Shown here piece after piece: positions 8,576 to 18,076 of a stretch of 64,000 nucleotides of DNA (position 1 is the first letter of the stretch; the number at the start of each line of letters is the position of its first letter). The position numbers were made by a program, and so were the translations under genes. A model generated the notes under the pieces. The model did no database searches. It was given only the letters and a program-made list of their open reading frames with translations, and was not told where the DNA came from. Origin of the DNA: a virus. The stretch spans positions 6,539 through 70,538 of IMG/VR virus record IMGVR_UViG_3300034418_010679, one strand, 5' to 3'.

Positions 8576-10174
8576 TTATCCCTTCAATAGAGCGATGTAA
8601 TTCATCTGCGCGTAAGCTTGAGTTTCTTTATGCTTGCCGGGAGAAAACGAATCTTGTTTCGCTTTGTATCCCGTCATGCCTGCGATTCTCGTATCAAACT
8701 TTGTCTTTGATGTGCTTATCGAAGACAACATCGCTTTTCGGTAATCTAACTCTCTTTGGTTAACAACTAATGCTGTGTCTCTTACCCAGCAAGAGATGGC
8801 TGTCGCCATAACCAAGTCGTCGTTATAACTTCTTTGTGCTTCGGCTCTGCCGTTGTTCCAAATGAACGTTGTCATTTCATTATACAACCTAGCCGAGTTT
8901 ATTTTAATTAGTTTATTCCTCACAAACTCTTCCAGTTTTGCAATAATGAGGGGTCTTGTCTTTGGTGTGGTGGAGAAGCCAATAATAGAGTTGGCTATTC
9001 CTTCTGCTTGGAGTTTGTCCACATACTGGTGAGTTCCCTTTACTGAGTAGTACAGGTTTGGATGGTCTAGTTCTTTTAGTTTTTCTAGGACTGCAATACC
9101 AAGCGAGTTGTTCTCGACCACAGTTAAACAAAAGCCGTATTCTTTTGACGCATCGTAAATAATGTGGGAGTAGTCGTCTAGGTTTGGTTTGCCTTGGTAT
9201 TCTGCTACTTGCTCAAAAGTATCGAGACGCCAGATGTGGAACGCAGAGTGGTCCTTGCCGTCGCCACGGGCAACGTCGCCTACGAGTAGGTATTCTGCGC
9301 CTTCTTGGTATCCTTCCCATATCCAGAAGTTGCGGTCCATGCCTGTTTTGTGTGTTGGTTCTACTAGGGAAGTTCTTATTACTTCCATGTCTTCTGGGTG
9401 GAAAACACCTTCGCCGGATTGGTTGAAGGAACACTCCAACTCTTGTGCGATTTCACGGCGAGACATGTTGCGGGTTTCTTTTTCAAACCATTCTTTGTCT
9501 CTGTCTGGATGAACGTCCCAAGGAAGTCTTATTGGGTTGAAATCATTTTTTCCTTCCTCGGCTTCTGTGTAGGTTTTGTGAAACCAGTTGCCTACGCCAT
9601 TTGGAGAGGAAAGTGAAATGCAACGACCACCAGTGGATAGCGTTGGGTAAAGACCAGCCCACATCTCGTCCATGCCATCAACGAATGCAGCCTCGTCCAC
9701 TACTAAGAGGGTCAAGGCTTCTGAACGACCTGCGTCACCTGATGTTGAAGATGCTTTAATTTGTGAGCCGTTAGCCAACTCAAAAGAAGTCCTGTTGTCG
9801 ATGGTAATTTTTGAAATCATCATCCAATCAGGAAGGTTCTTAAAAATGGACTTTACTTTCTTTACGAGGTTTGCTGCTGTTGCAAGCTTTGTTGCAACTA
9901 CAAGCACGTTTTTATCTCTGTGGAAAAGAAGCATCCAAGAGATGTAAGCAGCGGCTGTGGTTGAAATGCCTAACTGACGGGCTTTGAGAATAACGTTGAA
10001 ACGATAATCATTGAAGTCCCGAATAGCTTCTTCCTGAAAAGGGTAAAGCTTAAACGGAATCAGACCCTTCATAGGGTGAGAAATCTTACAATAGTTTTTA
10101 ATAAAATAAACGGGGTCTTTACCCGCTCTGAGTATTTCTTGGACTTTCTGCTGTTTGTTTAGTTGATAAGACAT
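8576..10174 (-). CDS. Terminase large subunit, T4 gp17-like
   Basis: FKLYPFQ, Walker A KARQLGIST, Walker B LVVDEAAF, SSPNG, nuclease GDVARGDGKDHS and NDDLVMA. No intein or intron. Confidence 0.96.
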   Translation of the reverse strand: MSYQLNKQQKVQEILRAGKDPVYFIKNYCKISHPMKGLIPFKLYPFQEEAIRDFNDYRFNVILKARQLGISTTAAAYISWMLLFHRDKNVLVVATKLATAANLVKKVKSIFKNLPDWMMISKITIDNRTSFELANGSQIKASSTSGDAGRSEALTLLVVDEAAFVDGMDEMWAGLYPTLSTGGRCISLSSPNGVGNWFHKTYTEAEEGKNDFNPIRLPWDVHPDRDKEWFEKETRNMSRREIAQELECSFNQSGEGVFHPEDMEVIRTSLVEPTHKTGMDRNFWIWEGYQEGAEYLLVGDVARGDGKDHSAFHIWRLDTFEQVAEYQGKPNLDDYSHIIYDASKEYGFCLTVVENNSLGIAVLEKLKELDHPNLYYSVKGTHQYVDKLQAEGIANSIIGFSTTPKTRPLIIAKLEEFVRNKLIKINSARLYNEMTTFIWNNGRAEAQRSYNDDLVMATAISCWVRDTALVVNQRELDYRKAMLSSISTSKTKFDTRIAGMTGYKAKQDSFSPGKHKETQAYAQMNYIALLKG

Positions 10175-10728
10175 TAAGCATTTTTAGGACGGGTATCATT
10201 CTTTGGACGTTTACCAAAACCACCCTGCTCCAAGAACTTCTTGTAGGAGTCAGCCATCTCACGCTTATTGACTTCTGCACCAGTTGCGGCTACAACATCA
10301 GAGAGACCAGCGATTTTGTAGCTGCGAACGGCATGAACGAGTGTGCGGTAGCGTGAGACATATTCTACATCAACCTTGGAACCATCGCCTTCGGCTGTTA
10401 GTGTAATGGACTTGCCAGCTTGTGCGCGGTAGTTCTTTTTAAGACCATCGACTAACTTTTGAATCATGTCGTCCATTTCGTTTTGGAAACCATTGATGCC
10501 ATTTTTATGCACATCTTTGAGTGTAATCTCTGCCTCGTATGAAACAACAACCTTATCACCAGCGAAACGAACCTTACCAGCGTCAAACTGCTTACGGTTT
10601 GTGTTTGGTAGTGAGTCTCTTTTTAGACCCAAGTCAACTGCTTCACCCTTTGAATCGACGGCACCATCATATAGTTGCCCTGCTGCCACTGAGAGGTCTT
10701 TTAGAACTTGTAAATCTGCGTTAGCCAT
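10174..10728 (-). CDS. Hypothetical protein
   Basis: Start moved to ATG 10728 (MANADLQVL), coupled with the upstream stop. TAATG coupling to TerL. Confidence 0.7.
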   Translation of the reverse strand: MANADLQVLKDLSVAAGQLYDGAVDSKGEAVDLGLKRDSLPNTNRKQFDAGKVRFAGDKVVVSYEAEITLKDVHKNGINGFQNEMDDMIQKLVDGLKKNYRAQAGKSITLTAEGDGSKVDVEYVSRYRTLVHAVRSYKIAGLSDVVAATGAEVNKREMADSYKKFLEQGGFGKRPKNDTRPKNA

Positions 10729-11098
10729 TATTTGGTCTCCAACCTTGTCGCCAGCGTTCCTCACGCCCTTCGACATATTTTATGTGGCAGGTTTCACAGC
10801 ACTCCCAACGTAAAACAAATATTTCATCACGAGCAGTGAGGTTGTATTTGTTACATTGAGGACAAGAAGCGTTGCCACTCTTCATAAGTAGTTTTTTGCT
10901 TAATAAAACACCTTCCTGCTCTACCTTCTCTTGTAGTTCCTCTTGGGCAAAGTGTTTTTCGTTTATTTTTTTGAGTTCTTGGAGGTATTCTTCCTCCTTT
11001 TCTTTGTCCCAACCTGAGCGTGGGTTGTGGATGGCTTTTTCACCGTATTTGTCTTTAATAGCTTTTTCTATCTTTGCAACATAGTTTTGGTCTTTCAT
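10721..11098 (-). CDS. Hypothetical zinc-finger protein
   Basis: CPQC...CCETCHIKYVEGREERW. SD GAGG upstream. Confidence 0.75.
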   Translation of the reverse strand: MKDQNYVAKIEKAIKDKYGEKAIHNPRSGWDKEKEEEYLQELKKINEKHFAQEELQEKVEQEGVLLSKKLLMKSGNASCPQCNKYNLTARDEIFVLRWECCETCHIKYVEGREERWRQGWRPNNG

Positions 11099-11106
11099 TT
11101 TACCTC

Positions 11107-12117
11107 TTATGCTAGAGTGCGCTCAACCAATGAGCCAGATGGTGGGTAGTAGAACTCGTAGTCGTCATAAACTCTGAAAAAGTCGCACCATCCTTGTAGG
11201 TTGTCTGAACCTGCAACGTTGTTCATTAGAAAACCAATGTAGGGTAACTCACCAGCATAAGTTCTTTGAACTAGTTGATACCAGCCAACACCATCGGCTG
11301 AGTGGTCGAAGTTATAAGTGGTCGTGTTTGTACCGTTGTTATACGAAACTCGGATTCTTAAATAAGAAAACGACCTGTAAATGTTATTTACGTTTGCTCC
11401 ACCGTAAGAAGTGTAGTTGTTCCAAATTTGGGCTCGGGCTTGAAAAGTGCTTCCCTCACGAGCAACAACACAGTTCCATGCTTTTGCGGTTGTTGGGTTG
11501 GTGGCAATATCTTCTGCAATAAAAATACCAACATTTGGAAAGTCGCTGGCATCAAGAGAAACCCAACTCACCTTTGACCAAAAAGCATATGTGTAGTCGC
11601 TGCCAGGATTTGTTGGTGCCGACTTATAAATACCAACAAGTCTGTCGCCTGGGACTGTGGCACAGTCTAAAACAAGCATTTGTTGGGCTGTTTGGGTTGT
11701 CGCAGAAAATGTAACACTGCCTGCATTCCAAGTAGACCAGCCCGAAAGAGAGCCTGTAAACTCATCATCAAGGGCATTGGCTGTGCCAGGAGGAGCCATA
11801 GCATCCCATTGGTTGTATGTTGTGCCTCCACCGCCACCAGTGGCTGCGATGGTTAGAGTATCCGTACCTGCGTTGGTTGTAAGTGTAATACCAGAACCAG
11901 CAGCAAATGTGATAGAGCCTGATGGTGAATCCGCAAGAATATCGCTCTGTCCAGAAACAGAGGCTGTGGCAAAAGCGTTTGTTGAAGAGCCTCCACCACC
12001 ACCTGTGGAAGAAATAGTTATTGTACTTCCGTCGCTAGATAGAGTAACGTTAGAACCAGCCTCAAACGAGCCAGATATTTTATTGAATAGCTGCTGTGGG
12101 CTGTACTTAAACGACAT
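11107..12117 (-). CDS. Fibre/adhesin-like virion protein with C-terminal beta-sandwich (lectin-like) domain
   Basis: Start moved to ATG 12117 (TAATG overlap). Two AGS.+TL....T+TI..TGGGGG fibre repeats, then DDEFTGSL..W and HSADGVGW, typical of ConA-like domains. Confidence 0.65.
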   Translation of the reverse strand: MSFKYSPQQLFNKISGSFEAGSNVTLSSDGSTITISSTGGGGGSSTNAFATASVSGQSDILADSPSGSITFAAGSGITLTTNAGTDTLTIAATGGGGGTTYNQWDAMAPPGTANALDDEFTGSLSGWSTWNAGSVTFSATTQTAQQMLVLDCATVPGDRLVGIYKSAPTNPGSDYTYAFWSKVSWVSLDASDFPNVGIFIAEDIATNPTTAKAWNCVVAREGSTFQARAQIWNNYTSYGGANVNNIYRSFSYLRIRVSYNNGTNTTTYNFDHSADGVGWYQLVQRTYAGELPYIGFLMNNVAGSDNLQGWCDFFRVYDDYEFYYPPSGSLVERTLA

Positions 12118-12554
12118 TATTTTCCCGCCTGTGCTGCTGCGTAGAAAATACCGATGGACAGACCAACGCCTGCTACAAAGCCACCCACAAACCAAAATCT
12201 GCTATAATCTGGTTTTGTAGCCTTGTCAAGTGCTTTTTCTAATCTTTTTACCTCGGCATTTTTGAGGTTCATTAAACTGTCGTGTTTGTTTTGCGCTGTT
12301 GTTTTCTCGATGGTGAGAAAGCGCTTATCGAAGTCACACTCTGCTTTTAGCTTTTTAATGGTGTAGTTTTTGTCTATCTCGCAGATTTTTACGGCAGACT
12401 CTCTCTTTGCTGCCATAGTTGCTTCTGCTTTCTTGTCGAAAAGAATACCATCAAAGGGTGCGGTCTGTCCTTTCTTTATTGCCGCAACCTTCCCGTTCGC
12501 AAAGCAAAGGGAAGGCAATAGTGTGAGTAAAAGTATTATTGTTATTTTCTTCAT
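12117..12554 (-). CDS. Secreted/membrane protein, possible spanin partner
   Basis: N-terminal signal peptide, APFDGILF motif, coiled coil and a Gly-rich C-terminal TM helix. Third gene of a lysis-like cassette. Confidence 0.5.
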   Translation of the reverse strand: MKKITIILLLTLLPSLCFANGKVAAIKKGQTAPFDGILFDKKAEATMAAKRESAVKICEIDKNYTIKKLKAECDFDKRFLTIEKTTAQNKHDSLMNLKNAEVKRLEKALDKATKPDYSRFWFVGGFVAGVGLSIGIFYAAAQAGK

Positions 12555-12955
12555 TCTTCTACCTCGACTACTTCAAAGCCAAACTCGTCGGAGAGGGCTT
12601 GGACACGCTCTTCTTCTGGCATTTCTAAGACTTCTTTTATTCTTTTCTTTTCCTCGGCTTTTACTTGCTTGCCTTCTTTGGCTCGCTCAAACTCCAAGGC
12701 TTCTACAACAAGTTGGTGGTCTTTTTCTACACGGGCTTTTTCTTTTCGCTCGGTTTCGTGTGCTTTGTTTATAACTTCTAGTTCTTCTTCGTTTTGTTTG
12801 GCTTTTTCTTTGTAAAGACCGCCTAAAACATCTTTGTCAAATAGAAAAAACTTGTGGAGCACAAAGCCTAATGCAATAAGTGCTCCAACCCACCAATAGT
12901 TTTTAATGTAGAACCAAGTTTTTTGTAGTAGGTGCTTGACCGTTATCCAAGTCAT
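12551..12955 (-). CDS. Putative inner-membrane spanin (i-spanin-like)
   Basis: Single N-terminal TM (WWVGALIALGFVL) followed by a charged coiled coil. Lies next to the holin-like gene. Confidence 0.5.
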   Translation of the reverse strand: MTWITVKHLLQKTWFYIKNYWWVGALIALGFVLHKFFLFDKDVLGGLYKEKAKQNEEELEVINKAHETERKEKARVEKDHQLVVEALEFERAKEGKQVKAEEKKRIKEVLEMPEEERVQALSDEFGFEVVEVEE

Positions 12956-13149
12956 TACTTACCCTTGAAACGGGCTACAACATCAACGAAGCCCTGTGTG
13001 CCGACATATGCTGCGGCGATGACTATCCATTGTTCTGAATCTACCTTCTCGGCAAGAAGTAGACCTGTTGTTGTGAGCCATACCAAAAGTTTCTTTGATA
13101 CGAATCTTTCTAGGTGTTTATCTGCAAATGCTTTTACTGCTGCCATCAT
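12955..13149 (-). CDS. Putative holin
   Basis: 64 aa with two hydrophobic helices (SKKLLVWLTTTGLLL; WIVIAAAYVGTQGFVD) and a basic C-terminus. Confidence 0.6.
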   Translation of the reverse strand: MMAAVKAFADKHLERFVSKKLLVWLTTTGLLLAEKVDSEQWIVIAAAYVGTQGFVDVVARFKGK

Positions 13150-13191
13150 TTTATCCTCTCTATTCTTCGATAACCTTTATGGTTAGTGAAG

Positions 13192-13198
13192 TAAATAG
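13192..13198 (-). promoter_or_regulatory. Putative late promoter CTATTTA upstream of holin
   Basis: Intergenic, 43 nt upstream of the holin ATG. Confidence 0.55.
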
Positions 13199-13212
13199 TA
13201 AGAAAGTTTTCT

Positions 13213-13917
13213 TTATTTCACTCGCCAAGATACACCATACTTTACCCTCTTTATGGTTGAAAGCGATACGCCATACATCTCTGCAACTTGTGGGTTGGTT
13301 AGTTTAGTGCCGTTGGCAAAAAGTTCTCTTATCTCTTTTACCTGCTCTTCTGTAAGGCGGGCGTTTGGGTTCTTTGCACCCGTTCTTGTCTTGGCGTATT
13401 CGCTCAGTTTCTTTCTGGTCTCTTGCGAAGGGCTGTTGAACATGTGTGGAAGAATTATGCCCTTCTTTGATTCGCTCAACCTTCTTCTGGTTTCCTCGCT
13501 GACGTGCTTGCCTTTGTTGCCTGCTCTTATCTTGGCTTTGGTTTCTTCTGTGTGTTTTCTTCCAGCAGAGGTTTTCGCTATTTTTTCTTTTGTTTCTTTT
13601 GAGTGCTTTCTTCCCTTCATGGGTGAACCAGCAAAAGGGGCTTTGTTGTAGCCAACTTTTTTGTTGAGGCAACCACTTTCATCTATGACCTGCTGTTCTA
13701 CATCGAGCAGCATTTCTTCTTCTACTTCTTGTAAGATGGAAAAAGTAAACGACTGCTCGCCATACTTTTCCCAAGCTGATAGCAAGTGTTGGTTGGCGTG
13801 AATACCACTCCGCAAGCGCCACCTGTGAGCACGCCAGCGTTTCTCAACATTGACACTGCTTCCTATGTAGAACTTTCCCGTTTGTTTGTTGGTTATTTTG
13901 TAAATGCCGCAAGTCAT
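13213..13917 (-). mobile_element. Free-standing GIY-YIG homing endonuclease with NUMOD3 repeats and C-terminal HTH
   Basis: CGIYKITNKQTGKFYIGSSVNVEKRW..H, GYN, repeated G+KH+EET+.K+S units and an NPNARLTEEQVKEI...VAEMYGVS HTH. The flanking genes are intact. Likely ATG at 13917. Confidence 0.92.
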
Positions 13918-13923
13918 AAAGAA

Positions 13924-13964
13924 ACCCACCTATTTATCGGTTCGTCTATAATAAATAGGTGGGT
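13924..13964 (-). promoter_or_regulatory. Perfect 14-bp RNA hairpin sequestering the endonuclease RBS
   Basis: ACCCACCTATTTAT (13924-13937) and ATAAATAGGTGGGT (13951-13964) are exact reverse complements with a 13-nt loop. The 3' arm on the mRNA contains the SD-like AGGTGG. Confidence 0.8.
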
Positions 13965-13988
13965 CATCAAGGAAAAGCAGTATTTTTT

Positions 13989-16900
13989 TTACTCGTCTAC
14001 AAATGCGTGTCCATCTTTTTCTTCTATTGTGACAACCTTATCAACATTATCTTTCAAACTGTCAATGTGGGTAATAAGAAGAGTCGTTTTGAAATGCGCT
14101 CGTAGGATATCTAGGATTCTGGTGAAGCCCTCCATGTTGTTTGCGTCAAGGGCTGTTCCAGGCTCGTCGCAAATCATTGTGTCGGATTTTGGCATGTTGC
14201 TCACATTTAGCAGCGCAATACGAATAGCCATAGCAGCCAAGGTTTTCTCTGCACCTGAGCCAAGCTCTAACGGTCTGGCGTTCTGGTCTTTGTGCTGAAT
14301 AAAGATATCCAGCTTACGCCCGTTGTCCTCAAAATAAACGTTGAAGTCAACAACGTTGGCTAGTACCTCTGTAATAGCCTCGTTGATTACTGGAAGTTTA
14401 TTCTTAATAATACCAAACGCAATACCATTCGGGTGCATACACTTCATAAAAAGGTCGTATGCAGAGAACTCACGACGGGTCTTTTCCAGTTCATTTCTTT
14501 TATTTTGGTTCTCGGTGAGTTGCGCTTGTAGCGAGCCCTCTTGCTTGTGGAGTTTTAGAAGGTCATCACGGCAATAGTTGCACTCCCGCTTTGACTCGTG
14601 AATATCCAACTCCAACTGTCGCTTGTTCTCTTTGAGAAGAGCAGCATTAAGAATAGCCTCTTTGTTTTGCTCGTAGTAGTCCAGCTTCTCTCGCAGTTCT
14701 TCTATTTGCTTTTCTGTCGCTGTTTTCTTTTGTTCTTCTCGGCTTACTTGCAGTTGTAATGAGGTAATGGTGTGCTCGTTCTCCAACACCTTTGTTTTAA
14801 GAGCGCGGACTTTACTAAGAAGATGGTCTGCTTGGCTACTCTCCAACTTCTGTCGTAGAGAAATGCTCTTTTCCTCTGCAACAGCAAGGGACAAGTTTGC
14901 AGCAGGTATCAAGTCTCTTGCGGCAAATGCATTCTCAATAAACTTGCAAGAGGTCTTGTATTTATCTCCACAAGGAATCTCGTCAAGAATACCAATACGC
15001 TTGTTGTAAAGGTCAAGGTTGCGCTCTGTGTCTTTACACTCGTTTAACAAAGAAGTTAAGTTTTCTTTTAGTTTTGTGTTTTGCTCGACTTCTTCTGTTA
15101 AAGCCTTTTCGTCAAACTGTTGAAGAAGTTCTTTTGCGTTCTCCAAAAAAAGACTTGACTCGCCTATCTTTGTATGATAGTTGTTTATTTTTCTATCGAT
15201 ACTCTCGATAAGAAGCTCGGCTGTGTTTATCTGGTTTTCGACCAATGGCGCGTCAATAATCTCTGCTGGAATAGAGTCGAGTTTGTCTTCTGTTTCTTTG
15301 AGGTCTGCTTTTAAGGTTTTTAGTTTTTGCTCCAACTCTTCGCAACGTTGGTCGTTTTGTTCGATAAGAACTAAAACCTCGTCTTGTTTATTTGCGATGG
15401 CTTCTTCATCTGCGTCGAGGTTAAAGGTTTCCAGCTTTTTGAGGTAGCCTTTTGTATCGGCACTTTCTTTCTTGGCTAACTTAAACTTTTTATCAAAGAA
15501 CTCCAAGTCAAGAAACTTTGCAAGAATTTCTTTTCGACGGGTTGAACCCTCGTTGATAAAGTCAAGTGCGCCCAACTGTGAAGACATAGAGGTCGTTAAA
15601 AAGTCTTCCAGCGTGCCAAAGGTGTGGCGAATGCGTGCGTCAGTTCCGTTACGGTCTGTGGAGTCAAGTATTTCTTCCTCGCCTGTGGCAAGGTCGATAA
15701 CGCTAAACTTCACATCTGTGCGTGCCTCTGTGGTTGCTTGACCACGAAGCTTCTTTTCGTATTTCTCACTTGTGCGCTCGACGGTGTATAGTTTTGTGCC
15801 TACTTGAATCTTTACTTTGCCTCGACCACCATTCTTTTTATTATTTACAATATCCACGTTTTTGCGGACGTTCTTTGAGGTAGAGTTGTAAAGCGTGTAA
15901 AGTAGAGAATCTACCACGGAAGACTTACCTGAGTAGTTCTTACCGAAAATGCCTACAAGACCCCGAATGTTTTCAAAGTCTATTTTGTTGCCCTCGCCAT
16001 AACAAAACAGGTTGTCCCATTCAAGGTGTTTGAGCGACCAGTTGACGTTGCGAGCAACTTCCTCGTTTTCCTCGGCTTCTTTGTTGAACCGCTCGTTGAG
16101 CGAGAAGACTTCTTTGAGGAGTTCTTCGCTTGGTTCGTAGTCTTTGAGATAATCGCGGATAAGCTCTTGTTGAACTTGAACGTCTCTAAGATTTTGCTCC
16201 GTAATTTCGTCTGTATGCGCCGAAGATAAACTTACCCCAGCCCTGTTAAGGAAAGTAAGACTTTCGGGCTTGAAGCGCGTCCTAACCACGTCTGTGGCTT
16301 TCCTAATAGTTTCTACCGGAAGCTTGGTATTGGCTACAACACGAACTCTTGCACCGAGTGGTATTTTTGTGTTTTTTGGCACTCTGCCTTTTGCTGTAAG
16401 CTCAATAGTGATAAAGGGCTTTGGGTTTCTAAAAGTGTGGAGTTCTACCTTGAAGTCATCCTTATTATCGATAGTCCAAAGCAGGTAACCTTTATCAAGT
16501 TCTTCTGCGTGGTTTTGCTGGACTGTGCTGCCAACATAACGCACTCGCCCTTCGTCGTCAAGGCTTTGGTTGGTTTTGTGAATATCGCCAAGCATGGCAT
16601 AGTCAAAACCCTCAAAGATAGAAACGTCGTTCTCGCCGTGTTCCATAACCCAACCAAGAGAAGTCTCGCAGCCAGAGATAGAACCGTGGTAAAGAGCAAT
16701 ATTAATTTTATCTTTTCTCGTCGGCTTAACCCAGTTCTCTGGGTCGAACACGGAAAGAACGTTAAACACAATATTTGTGTCCCACAGGGTCTCACCGGAG
16801 TCTTTAAGAAGGTGAATATGCTTGTGGTTGAGCGCAGTCACCAAAGGTGTGATGGCATCTTGACGTGCTGTGTTTCTCAGGTTGCCGTCATGGTTGCCTG

Positions 16901-17141
16901 GAATAATAATAAGTGGGGCAATATCGGCAAGGTTTTTGAGAAAGTCTGTGGCAAGGTCAAAATACTCTGGCGAAAGGTTGACCTTTGTGTGCGCCAAGTC
17001 TCCACAATGAACAATACAGTCTGGCTTTTGTTTGCGTAGAGACTTATACATTTGTGCGAACACATCACGGTATTCTTTGTGGTATTTTAGATTACGGATA
17101 TGTGTGTCACTAATGTGGGCGATTTTGTAGTTTAACTTCAT
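13989..17141 (-). CDS. Fused SbcD/Mre11 nuclease - SbcC/Rad50 ATPase (T4 gp47-gp46-like)
   Basis: N-terminal metallophosphoesterase motifs HISDTH, GDLAH, PGNHD and LGDIH. Then Walker A GKNYSGKSS, a long coiled coil, signature GSGAE, Walker B ICDEP and H-loop ITH. SD GGAGG. Confidence 0.93.
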   Translation of the reverse strand: MKLNYKIAHISDTHIRNLKYHKEYRDVFAQMYKSLRKQKPDCIVHCGDLAHTKVNLSPEYFDLATDFLKNLADIAPLIIIPGNHDGNLRNTARQDAITPLVTALNHKHIHLLKDSGETLWDTNIVFNVLSVFDPENWVKPTRKDKINIALYHGSISGCETSLGWVMEHGENDVSIFEGFDYAMLGDIHKTNQSLDDEGRVRYVGSTVQQNHAEELDKGYLLWTIDNKDDFKVELHTFRNPKPFITIELTAKGRVPKNTKIPLGARVRVVANTKLPVETIRKATDVVRTRFKPESLTFLNRAGVSLSSAHTDEITEQNLRDVQVQQELIRDYLKDYEPSEELLKEVFSLNERFNKEAEENEEVARNVNWSLKHLEWDNLFCYGEGNKIDFENIRGLVGIFGKNYSGKSSVVDSLLYTLYNSTSKNVRKNVDIVNNKKNGGRGKVKIQVGTKLYTVERTSEKYEKKLRGQATTEARTDVKFSVIDLATGEEEILDSTDRNGTDARIRHTFGTLEDFLTTSMSSQLGALDFINEGSTRRKEILAKFLDLEFFDKKFKLAKKESADTKGYLKKLETFNLDADEEAIANKQDEVLVLIEQNDQRCEELEQKLKTLKADLKETEDKLDSIPAEIIDAPLVENQINTAELLIESIDRKINNYHTKIGESSLFLENAKELLQQFDEKALTEEVEQNTKLKENLTSLLNECKDTERNLDLYNKRIGILDEIPCGDKYKTSCKFIENAFAARDLIPAANLSLAVAEEKSISLRQKLESSQADHLLSKVRALKTKVLENEHTITSLQLQVSREEQKKTATEKQIEELREKLDYYEQNKEAILNAALLKENKRQLELDIHESKRECNYCRDDLLKLHKQEGSLQAQLTENQNKRNELEKTRREFSAYDLFMKCMHPNGIAFGIIKNKLPVINEAITEVLANVVDFNVYFEDNGRKLDIFIQHKDQNARPLELGSGAEKTLAAMAIRIALLNVSNMPKSDTMICDEPGTALDANNMEGFTRILDILRAHFKTTLLITHIDSLKDNVDKVVTIEEKDGHAFVDE

Positions 17142-17149
17142 TTGTCCTC

Positions 17150-18076
17150 CTAAACGCAGGCAACCTGCATAGCCAAAAGATTATCTGGGTCTACCCAGGT
17201 GGCGTTTTCTTTTCTTTCTTGGAACTGTCCTCGGGTCATTTCACCTACATCGTCGTATCCTGAAATGTCAACCTTATAAACATCTACATCGTATTGTAGC
17301 AGTTTTCGCATAATTTTGTAAGCCTTTGAGTCGGCGTCTGGGTCAAGTGCGAAGTAGACTGCGGTATCGTTATGAACAATACTTTGAAATAACTTGCTTT
17401 CTTCTCGCAGGGTTGAGCCAAGAATAGGCACAGCGTTTTCACCTGCGATGATGGCGTCAAACACGCCTTCTACTAAAATAATTTCTTGGGAAAAGTCGAG
17501 GAACAGTTCGTTGAAAATAATGTCTTTGCTTGCATCGGGGTTGCGATACTTTGCCCAAGAGCCTTTGTAGGTTCGTGCGATAAAGAAGTTTGGGTCACCG
17601 TCTTTGTTGAAAGATGGGATAATAATGCGGTCTTTGAACTCGCCCCAAGGACAGTAGCCTATTTTCCAAAACAGTATCTCGTCCATTGTGATGCCACGCT
17701 TTGCGAGATAATGTCGGGCTGGGAGGGAAGAGTGGGGTAGGTTGTTCTTGCCAAGGAAAATATAATCTTTTGGAAGTTCAATAACCTGTTCTACTTCTTC
17801 TCCTTCCTCGCCAAAAAGGTCGTCGAAGTTGGTTAGGTCTACATCGGGGGTGAGTTCCAACCAGCGTTGTTTGTCGGCAAATGTGGCAAAGCGGCGAACA
17901 AGACGGAAGATAGACTTTCCCGAATAGTTGCAGTGCCAACACTGGAACTTATCCTTGTCGATATTGACAGATAGTTTGTTGTTGTGGTGTTTACAGTTGG
18001 GGCAATGAAACAAACGCTCCCCACCGCTTTTGCGAAAGTCGCCTAATGTTCTGCGGAGGATAGAGACTTTTTCCAT
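17150..18076 (-). CDS. DNA primase (Zn finger + TOPRIM)
   Basis: CPNC..H...FQCWHC, RIIIPSF, LVEGVFDA and ALDPDA. Start probably MEKVSIL at 18076. Confidence 0.9.
   Translation of the reverse strand: MEKVSILRRTLGDFRKSGGERLFHCPNCKHHNNKLSVNIDKDKFQCWHCNYSGKSIFRLVRRFATFADKQRWLELTPDVDLTNFDDLFGEEGEEVEQVIELPKDYIFLGKNNLPHSSLPARHYLAKRGITMDEILFWKIGYCPWGEFKDRIIIPSFNKDGDPNFFIARTYKGSWAKYRNPDASKDIIFNELFLDFSQEIILVEGVFDAIIAGENAVPILGSTLREESKLFQSIVHNDTAVYFALDPDADSKAYKIMRKLLQYDVDVYKVDISGYDDVGEMTRGQFQERKENATWVDPDNLLAMQVACV

Noticed and set aside
8576-10174. Intein in TerL, primase or Mre11-Rad50
   Set aside because: Lengths and motif spacing are normal, with no C...HN splice signatures.
13213-13929. Group I intron around the GIY-YIG gene
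   Set aside because: Both flanking genes are complete, and the flanks (~60-70 nt) are too short for a ribozyme core.
13924-13964. Rho-independent terminator reading of the hairpin
   Set aside because: The stem is AT-rich with a 13-nt loop and overlaps the RBS, with only a short broken U tract. Translational sequestration fits better, though attenuation is not excluded.
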